Origin: a bacterium
GTDB lineage: Bacteria > Desulfobacterota > Binatia > UBA1149 > CAITLU01
Assembly (NCBI GenBank): GCA_003354045.1
Contig: PIVZ01000003.1
Location: forward strand, 1-40,038
Direction of reading: 5' to 3'
Length of the DNA: 40,038 nucleotides
Shown: piece after piece, positions 35,027 through 40,038 of the stretch
Position numbering within the stretch: position 1 is the first letter of the stretch
Layout: each line of letters opens with the position of its first letter
Program-made: the position numbers and the translations under genes
The notes under the pieces: model-generated
Told to the model about the DNA's origin: nothing
Seen by the model: the letters and a program-made list of their open reading frames with translations, nothing else
Database searches by the model: none

Positions 35027-35304
35027 GTTCTCGGCTCGGCAGGTTCTCCCTTGCGGTAAAACCGCGGGTCGCGTATGACGTTTTCGCAGTCCAACCACTT
35101 CTCGAAATTGAACTCCATATTCGTGCGCTGGACCGATGGCCTGAACTTCACGAGCACCTGATTGGCTGATTTGCCGGGCTCGGCTGTCGCCAACACCTCG
35201 GCGGTGATTAGCCCCACATCTATTTCCGCCTGCCCCTGCATACCGGCGGTACAAACCACGATGTCACCCTCGGCTATTCTCGCACCAAACCTGTCTCTAA
35301 CCAT
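35023..35304 (-). CDS. Hypothetical protein (DRFG..I.EGDIVV, KOW/SH3-like)
   Basis: GAGGAGG RBS. Confidence 0.65.
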   Translation of the reverse strand: MVRDRFGARIAEGDIVVCTAGMQGQAEIDVGLITAEVLATAEPGKSANQVLVKFRPSVQRTNMEFNFEKWLDCENVIRDPRFYRKGEPAEPRT

Positions 35305-35318
35305 TTTCCACCTCCTCA

Positions 35319-35654
35319 CTAGGCATCGGGAATCCCCTTCGGTTGATGCTTCCTGTGGCACTCGCGGAGCTGATCCAGTGCTTCCTGTGGTGAGCGCACT
35401 ACATGGAAGCAGCAGCCCACTGATTCGACCTCAGCGGCCACTTTGGACTGTGCTTCAGTCAAGACCGCGTGCGAGACGCCGCCCTTTGGCCCAGGAGCCG
35501 CTTTAACTTCAACTAGGTGGTGCAGCCCTGATTTTGAGACGATGGCGTCACAGGGCATTTTGCAGGGCGTGAGCGCATATCCGGCTTTTCGGATGGCCTC
35601 GAAAATCAGGGGCTCGTTGAGGTCGCGCTTGGCTGCCCAGCGGTTGATACTCAC
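35319..35654 (-). CDS. PD-(D/E)XK nuclease, putative Holliday-junction resolvase (VRR-NUC-like)
   Basis: AAKRDLNE..IRKAG..PCDAIV..LVEVK..LTEAQ..VVRSPQEAL. Confidence 0.8.
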   Translation of the reverse strand: MSINRWAAKRDLNEPLIFEAIRKAGYALTPCKMPCDAIVSKSGLHHLVEVKAAPGPKGGVSHAVLTEAQSKVAAEVESVGCCFHVVRSPQEALDQLRECHRKHQPKGIPDA

Positions 35655-35785
35655 AGCACCTTCAGCAGATCGTTCTTCACGACCTCATACGACAGGCCCA
35701 TCCGCCTCGCAATCTGGTCCCTGCTTAGACCCTCACCGTACAGAATCTGGATTCGCTCGGCCCGGCCGTTCTCCTTCAGGATCAC
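35651..35785 (-). CDS. Small HTH protein (not in ORF track)
   Basis: VILKENGRAERIQILYGEGLSRDQIARRMGLSYEVVKNDLLKVL*; GTGA coupling downstream; start uncertain. Confidence 0.6.
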   Translation of the reverse strand: MILKENGRAERIQILYGEGLSRDQIARRMGLSYEVVKNDLLKVL

Positions 35786-35896
35786 GACTGCAGAGCGTTC
35801 GAAGCTCCGGAAGGCAGCCAAGAGGGCCGATACGTCAGTTTCGGCCTGGGTACGGGACGTGCTGCTGAATCACCCGGATGTGGGCTAGGATGTAAA

Positions 35897-35965
35897 TGGA
35901 GCGCCAGAGAGTCGAACCCTGCGGGCGTGGCTGTAAGAACCTGCACCGGCAAACCTGCGCGCCCC
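35897..35965 (-). ncRNA. 69-nt tRNA-like RNA with alanine identity elements
   Basis: Acceptor GGGGCGC/GCGCTCC + A (G3:U70); T arm CAGGG-TTCGACT-CTCTG; no canonical D or anticodon arm. Confidence 0.6.
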
Positions 35966-36116
35966 TGAGAGTGTGGCCCTAGACGGCCTCCCAACCCAGA
36001 ACGTTGCAAGCGGCTGAGGTTGGGAGGCCGGATTTCTGTTGTACGCGCCTGCCGAGGCGTATCCAACGGTTTTCTGACTCGGCAGCGTTGACAGGCGCGG
36101 TCGGTGGTGTTTCGCT

Positions 36117-36647
36117 TCATGCAATCCCCGCAACCACGCCTTGCCACTCCGCGCGCCGCGGGTCGATCTCGCGGTTCGCCTCGGCCCACGCGAGCTTCTC
36201 CTCAGCCTCGAGGAGTGCCACGCGATCACCGTGACAGATCGGCTGATGATCGCAGTGCCTGCCCTCAATCCAGACGCCCTCGACATCGCAAAATGTCACA
36301 CCGCGGACAGCCAACTTGCGCCAAACGCGCATTTCACGGGCGTGCAGCGGCCCGAAACGGATCATGCCGCGACCATCGCCGAGCAGTGGCGGACCGTCTT
36401 GGCGGGCTTTGAGGCGGTCACTGCGGGACTCGCGCAGATGCTTCAGGATCTCGGCCAGCGGTGGATAGGTCCGAGCCTCACGAACGTGGATCAGTCGCTG
36501 GACCGCTTCTCCCAGGTCGCGCGGATCCGCGTCGATTCGCTTCAACTGGTCGGCGTAGAGCGTGAGTTGCTTCTCATCTACGCCGCCGCTCGGAAAGGCT
36601 ACGGACAGCAGCGTGAGCAATGACGCGATCGTCGGCGGTTGATTCAT
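36117..36647 (-). CDS. Putative helicase loader/inhibitor (replication partner)
   Basis: LLSVAFP..YADQL..AVQRLI..YPPLAEI; follows the initiator gene. Confidence 0.65.
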   Translation of the reverse strand: MNQPPTIASLLTLLSVAFPSGGVDEKQLTLYADQLKRIDADPRDLGEAVQRLIHVREARTYPPLAEILKHLRESRSDRLKARQDGPPLLGDGRGMIRFGPLHAREMRVWRKLAVRGVTFCDVEGVWIEGRHCDHQPICHGDRVALLEAEEKLAWAEANREIDPRRAEWQGVVAGIA

Positions 36648-37380
36648 TCTCGGTTTGCTCCTGTAGAAATTGCGACAACTTCTCGTCGCGGGCGTTGAGG
36701 CGTAGTTCGTCGAATGTCTGCGGGGTGTTCCCCGTGGAACACTTCAAGCCCTCGAACACCCACCCCTTGCGAATCGCCCGCTGGAATGTCGCATACCAAT
36801 CGGCCTTGGTCGTACCGCTGCCCTTGAACGACTCGTGGAACGATTCCCATGCGTAGCGAAGAGATGCCGGATCATGTGGGAAGCCACGGCCATCAGCCCA
36901 GACCACGATGGCTTCACGCTCTCCGACCGACAATTCCTCTGGGCAGGGAGATTCCTTTTTCTTAGGCCCTCTTGGTGCACGCACTCTTTGTTTCTTCTCT
37001 GCTTTTGCTTCTGTATATGCTTCTGCTTCTGGGGCAGACTTTCCGGGTGCGTTCTTTGAGTCGAATCCCTGTTTTTTCCGCAGGTTAGGGATTCTTATCG
37101 ACCAGTAGTCACCGCAACGTTCGGCTGATATCGGCGAGACTTCGGCGAGATGTTCGAGAGACTTCCGCGCGACATCGGCTCGATGTTTGCCGAACAGGCC
37201 ACCGAGTTCTCGGTCGTGCACACTGAAAACCCCGCCGGTATTTGGGGCAAAACGCTCCAGTGCGAGCATTAGGATACGCGAATAGGCAGCCATCATGTCA
37301 TTGTCGGCGTACATCGCGGCTGTCTTGGGGTGGTATCGGAGGGAGATGTGGAGTTTCGCGTGCGGCCTAGCTCTGGGCAT
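36574..37380 (-). CDS. Putative replication initiator (lambdoid O-like)
   Basis: N-terminal helical domain, EAEAYTEAKAEKK linker, C-terminal KADWYATF motif. Confidence 0.65.
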   Translation of the reverse strand: MPRARPHAKLHISLRYHPKTAAMYADNDMMAAYSRILMLALERFAPNTGGVFSVHDRELGGLFGKHRADVARKSLEHLAEVSPISAERCGDYWSIRIPNLRKKQGFDSKNAPGKSAPEAEAYTEAKAEKKQRVRAPRGPKKKESPCPEELSVGEREAIVVWADGRGFPHDPASLRYAWESFHESFKGSGTTKADWYATFQRAIRKGWVFEGLKCSTGNTPQTFDELRLNARDEKLSQFLQEQTENESTADDRVIAHAAVRSLSERRRR

Positions 37381-37711
37381 CGGCCGGCCAGATCAGGTGC
37401 TTGATGGCATTCTCTTTTGGCGGACCGGTACACACACCATCGTGCCTGAGAAGGCCCATGATACCGTCCGATATTGAGAACCACTCGCCACGGATGCGCT
37501 CATCGGCGAAGTGGCGGTGGATGGCTGATTCGAGCTCCCTGTGTGCCGATGCTCGTATGAAGCCAACTACGTTGAGTTTATTGTGGTTTCCGGTCTGCAT
37601 GGTCTGAACCCTGGAAGCCACGCCGCGCGGGCTGTTTGACACTCCTATTTTGACGGCATCATCACCTGCCGCCACGAAGTAGACAATCCCGCTATCGCTT
37701 TTCCGCATCAC
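37367..37711 (-). CDS. GIY-YIG-fold T5orf172-type protein
   Basis: VYFV..VKIGVS..RVQTMQTGN..LESAIHRHF..IRGEWF. Confidence 0.85.
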   Translation of the reverse strand: MMRKSDSGIVYFVAAGDDAVKIGVSNSPRGVASRVQTMQTGNHNKLNVVGFIRASAHRELESAIHRHFADERIRGEWFSISDGIMGLLRHDGVCTGPPKENAIKHLIWPADAQS

Positions 37712-37721
37712 GCTCGCCCCT

Positions 37722-37825
37722 CAAATGCAAAGCGCGGCCCCAGGCTGATGCGCCGTGTCGGATGACCGACGCCCAGGGCCGCGCTGAAGTATTCGTGAGA
37801 CTGACGCATCGCTAGGGATGATACC
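37722..37825 (-). promoter_or_regulatory. Putative attenuator upstream of the GIY-YIG/replication genes
   Basis: 10-bp stem AGCGCGGCCC/GGGCCGCGCT with an inner hairpin, followed by TTGCATTT; upstream GATGCG can pair with CGCATC inside the hairpin; TATCAT -10-like box. Confidence 0.45.
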
Positions 37826-37829
37826 TCAC

Positions 37830-38225
37830 CTACGCCTCATCGAAAAGGTGAACGGCGGCGGGATTGATAACTCGGTGGTGCTTCGCATGGCACGCCCGGC
37901 AGAGCCACGTAACCGCGAGAGGTTTACCGTAATCGTCGTGGTGCCCCTCTACCTTGGGGTTCCCGCAACCGACGCATGGGGACTTTTCCAGCCAGCCGTT
38001 CTTTAAGGCCGTGGCAACGCGCTTGTGGGCTTTCCTCTTTTCCGGATTTCTTTGCCGCCATTTGCGGACACATTCATTCCTAGTCTCTCGATATTTGTCT
38101 GGGTGATTCTTCCGCCAACGCCGTGACGCATCCAGCGCCCCTTCGGGTTTTGTCGCTCGCCACTTCCTGTTGTTTTCGCGGTTGAGTTCACGGGCGCGTT
38201 CCGGATTTCTTTGCTTCCAATCCAT
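37830..38225 (-). CDS. HNH endonuclease (HHDDYxKPL type), paralogue of 34348-34788
   Basis: PCVGCG..VEGHHDDYGKPLAVTWLCRACHAKHH. Confidence 0.8.
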   Translation of the reverse strand: MDWKQRNPERARELNRENNRKWRATKPEGALDASRRWRKNHPDKYRETRNECVRKWRQRNPEKRKAHKRVATALKNGWLEKSPCVGCGNPKVEGHHDDYGKPLAVTWLCRACHAKHHRVINPAAVHLFDEA

Positions 38226-38247
38226 ATTATCGCCGTTCATAAATCTC

Positions 38248-38354
38248 ACCAGCCCGCAGGATTCGCACCTGCCGTGTTGCGCGGTCGATTTTCGAAACAG
38301 GCTCCCGCGCAAAGATTCCCGTCACCCTCGTCGCGTTGACGAGCCGGGGCTGGT
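38248..38354 (-). ncRNA. 107-nt cloverleaf tRNA-like RNA
   Basis: Four perfect helices: ACCAGCCC/GGGCTGGT, CTCGTC/GACGAG, TTGCGCGG/CCGCGCAA, and GCAGG-TGCGAAT-CCTGC. Confidence 0.6.
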
Positions 38355-38552
38355 TCACCGCCATCTCCACCACCACCAACCCCGCCGCTTCCGGACCGGC
38401 GGATCCAGCACTATCCCCATCATCTCCAGACCCGAGAGGATTTCCACCCGCCTGAACTTCTCGCCGGGCTTGGGCGAGCGGTAGGGCTTGTGCGCGAGGG
38501 CGGATTCGAGCTTCTCGGCAAGGTCGGGGTCGTCTAGGCGGATGTCGGTCAC
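38355..38552 (-). CDS. Hypothetical protein
   Basis: GTGA coupling to the cro-like gene. Confidence 0.55.
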   Translation of the reverse strand: MTDIRLDDPDLAEKLESALAHKPYRSPKPGEKFRRVEILSGLEMMGIVLDPPVRKRRGWWWWRWR

Positions 38553-38773
38553 GTCCCCGGCCTCTCCCAGTTCACCACGTCAAGCGGCGAAATCTTCAGC
38601 CTTTTCAACTGCTTGGGGTACGTCTTCCACAGCTTTGACACAAATCGGGAGCCCGCCGGAGCGACGCCGGTTTCGATCTGGCAGATGCGACTCGGAGCAA
38701 ACCCGAGGTCATCGGCCATGCCCTTCTGCGAGATACCGAGGTGGGTGCGGAGAGCCAGTACGGGATTTTCCAT
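38549..38773 (-). CDS. Cro-like XRE HTH regulator
   Basis: LRTHLGISQKGMADDLGFAPSRICQIETG; first gene of the divergent operon. Confidence 0.85.
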   Translation of the reverse strand: MENPVLALRTHLGISQKGMADDLGFAPSRICQIETGVAPAGSRFVSKLWKTYPKQLKRLKISPLDVVNWERPGT

Positions 38774-38779
38774 ATGGCG

Positions 38780-38808
38780 TGTGTAGCAGCGCACTCAGCC
38801 CCGTGCAA
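38780..38808 (-). promoter_or_regulatory. Promoter for a leaderless cro-like mRNA
   Basis: TTGCAC-17-TACACA with an extended -10 TG, 6 nt before ATG; no RBS. Confidence 0.5.
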
Positions 38809-38827
38809 CGAAACTTTTTCAGAAAAG

Positions 38828-38844
38828 GCTCAATTAAATTGAGC
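38828..38844. promoter_or_regulatory. 17-bp palindromic operator
   Basis: GCTCAATT-A-AATTGAGC, a perfect inverted repeat in the divergent intergenic region. Confidence 0.65.
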
Positions 38845-38890
38845 GGAGGCCGATTAGGTCTGCTAAACGTCCGTCAACCGAGGAGATGAA

Positions 38891-39388
38891 ATGCCCAACC
38901 CGATCTGCCCCAATTGCTTCAGCCGATTCCACCGCAACGGATGCCCGAACGACGACGAGCCGGACATCTGCCACGAGCACGGCCTCGAGCTCGACGACTG
39001 CCCCGGCTGCGCGGCTCACGCGGCGATGGTGATCAAGACGGAGCCGCTGTTCATCACCGTCACGGACGACCACGATGCCTTCGTGGATTGGGTCGTCGAA
39101 GAATCGAGCGGCAACCCCGGCCGCGCGGCGGGCCTCTTCTGCGAGATCCAACAGAACCCCTACCTCGTGATCCGAGAGTGGCGCATGTCTGGCGGCCCGC
39201 CTTACAGCAATGAGGTTGGCACGCTCGTCCTGCACTGCTGCCGCCGCTGCGATGCGCTCGACCGCGAAGAGTGGCGCTGCGGCGAGAAGGCCGAGATCAA
39301 GGCGAGCGTCGTCTACACGAACGGACCGCTCTGTTACGACTGCGCTGCGGACGAGGCGTATTGTTACGCGCTGGCGGTGGTGGCCTGA
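38891..39388 (+). CDS. Cys-rich putative multi-zinc-binding protein
   Basis: CPNC, CHEH, CPGC, CCRRC, CYDC; GAGGAG RBS. Confidence 0.7.
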   Translation: MPNPICPNCFSRFHRNGCPNDDEPDICHEHGLELDDCPGCAAHAAMVIKTEPLFITVTDDHDAFVDWVVEESSGNPGRAAGLFCEIQQNPYLVIREWRMSGGPPYSNEVGTLVLHCCRRCDALDREEWRCGEKAEIKASVVYTNGPLCYDCAADEAYCYALAVVA

Positions 39389-39480
39389 TGCGCGAATCGA
39401 TAGTCGACGCACTCGTGGCCATCGCCATCATCTTGACGTTCGTGATATTCGGGCTGTTCTACATCGGGAGGATTCAATGA
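39388..39480 (+). CDS. 30-aa single-TM peptide
   Basis: MRESIVDALVAIAIILTFVIFGLFYIGRIQ; coupled at both ends. Confidence 0.55.
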   Translation: MRESIVDALVAIAIILTFVIFGLFYIGRIQ

Positions 39481-40038
39481 CCGAGCGGTTGTTCAAGGTT
39501 CTGCGCGAGGACGGCATATCTCCGTATGCGGACTACAAGTGGCCGCCGCTGAATGAGTGGCTGAAGGCCGAAGGCGATCTCGTCATGTGCGCCAACGGCA
39601 TTCATCTATGCCGCGAGCAGGACTTGCTCGATTGGCTCAATGCCGAAATCTACGAGGCCGAAGCACGCGGCGAGCGCATCGACGGGGATGACAAGATCGT
39701 TGTCCGCGAGGCGCGGCTGATTCGACGCTTCGAAACGTGGAACGACAAGACGGCAAGGCTGTTCGCTGCGGACTGTGCGGAGCGGGTGCTGCCGAATTTC
39801 GAAGTCCATTTTCCAGACGATGCTCGCGTGCGGGATTGCATCGCGATGTCGCGAGCATTCGCGCGCGGTGAGGCCACTCGCGAGCAGGCGTACTCGGCGT
39901 CGGACTCGGCGGCGTACTCGGCGGCGCACTCGGCGGCGTACTCGGCGTACTCGGCGCGCTTGGCGGCGGACTTGGCGTCGGACTCGGCGGCGCGCTCGGC
40001 GCGCTTGGCGGCGTACTCGGCGGCGCACTCGGCGCGCT
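39477..40038 (+). CDS. 5' part of the Imm5-like/Ala-Ser-repeat protein (continues at window start; not in ORF track)
   Basis: MTERLFKVL..MCANGIHLC..DKIVVREARL..RLFAADCAERVLPNFE..PDDARVR; GGAGG RBS. Confidence 0.8.
   Translation, partial: MTERLFKVLREDGISPYADYKWPPLNEWLKAEGDLVMCANGIHLCREQDLLDWLNAEIYEAEARGERIDGDDKIVVREARLIRRFETWNDKTARLFAADCAERVLPNFEVHFPDDARVRDCIAMSRAFARGEATREQAYSASDSAAYSAAHSAAYSAYSARLAADLASDSAARSARLAAYSAAHSAR
39886..40038 (+). repeat. Terminal overlap, right copy
   Basis: See 1-165. Confidence 0.9.

Noticed and set aside
35897-35965. Canonical tRNA-Val(TAC) or suppressor tRNA(TTA)
   Set aside because: No 5-bp anticodon stem around a 7-nt loop, no U8 or D stem; kept only as tRNA-like.

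Overview
This window is an apparently complete, circularly permuted, GC-rich podovirus genome of about 39.9 kb. Positions 1-165 and 39886-40038 are two slightly different copies of the same low-complexity coding repeat, and one gene runs across the junction. Four transcription units can be read. (1) A rightward early operon (38891 across the junction to 5602) with a RecE-like exonuclease, a Sak4-like ATPase, many small genes and a secreted SGNH hydrolase. (2) A long leftward late operon (about 30200 to 5599) with TerS, TerL carrying a LAGLIDADG intein, portal, scaffold, major capsid, T7/BPP-1-type tail tube A/B, three internal virion proteins, a very short tail fibre, and GH108 endolysin/holin/spanin lysis genes. 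(3) A leftward cro-replication operon (38773 to 34348) with lambdoid initiator and loader, GIY-YIG, HNH and resolvase genes. (4) A small rightward module (32772-34178) next to a probable packaging or terminus site. I see no integrase, CI repressor, DNA/RNA polymerase, CRISPR array or reverse transcriptase. The most unusual element is a set of about 8 morphogenesis-operon genes with Sec signal peptides and mostly paired cysteines, six of them in a row at the tail-fibre locus. Also notable are two tRNA-like RNAs, a ~390-nt structured intergenic RNA, a 17-bp operator shared by both rightward promoter regions, RBS+start direct repeats flanking accessory genes, and three microhomology deletion scars. 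All family calls come from motif recognition by eye; no searches were run.
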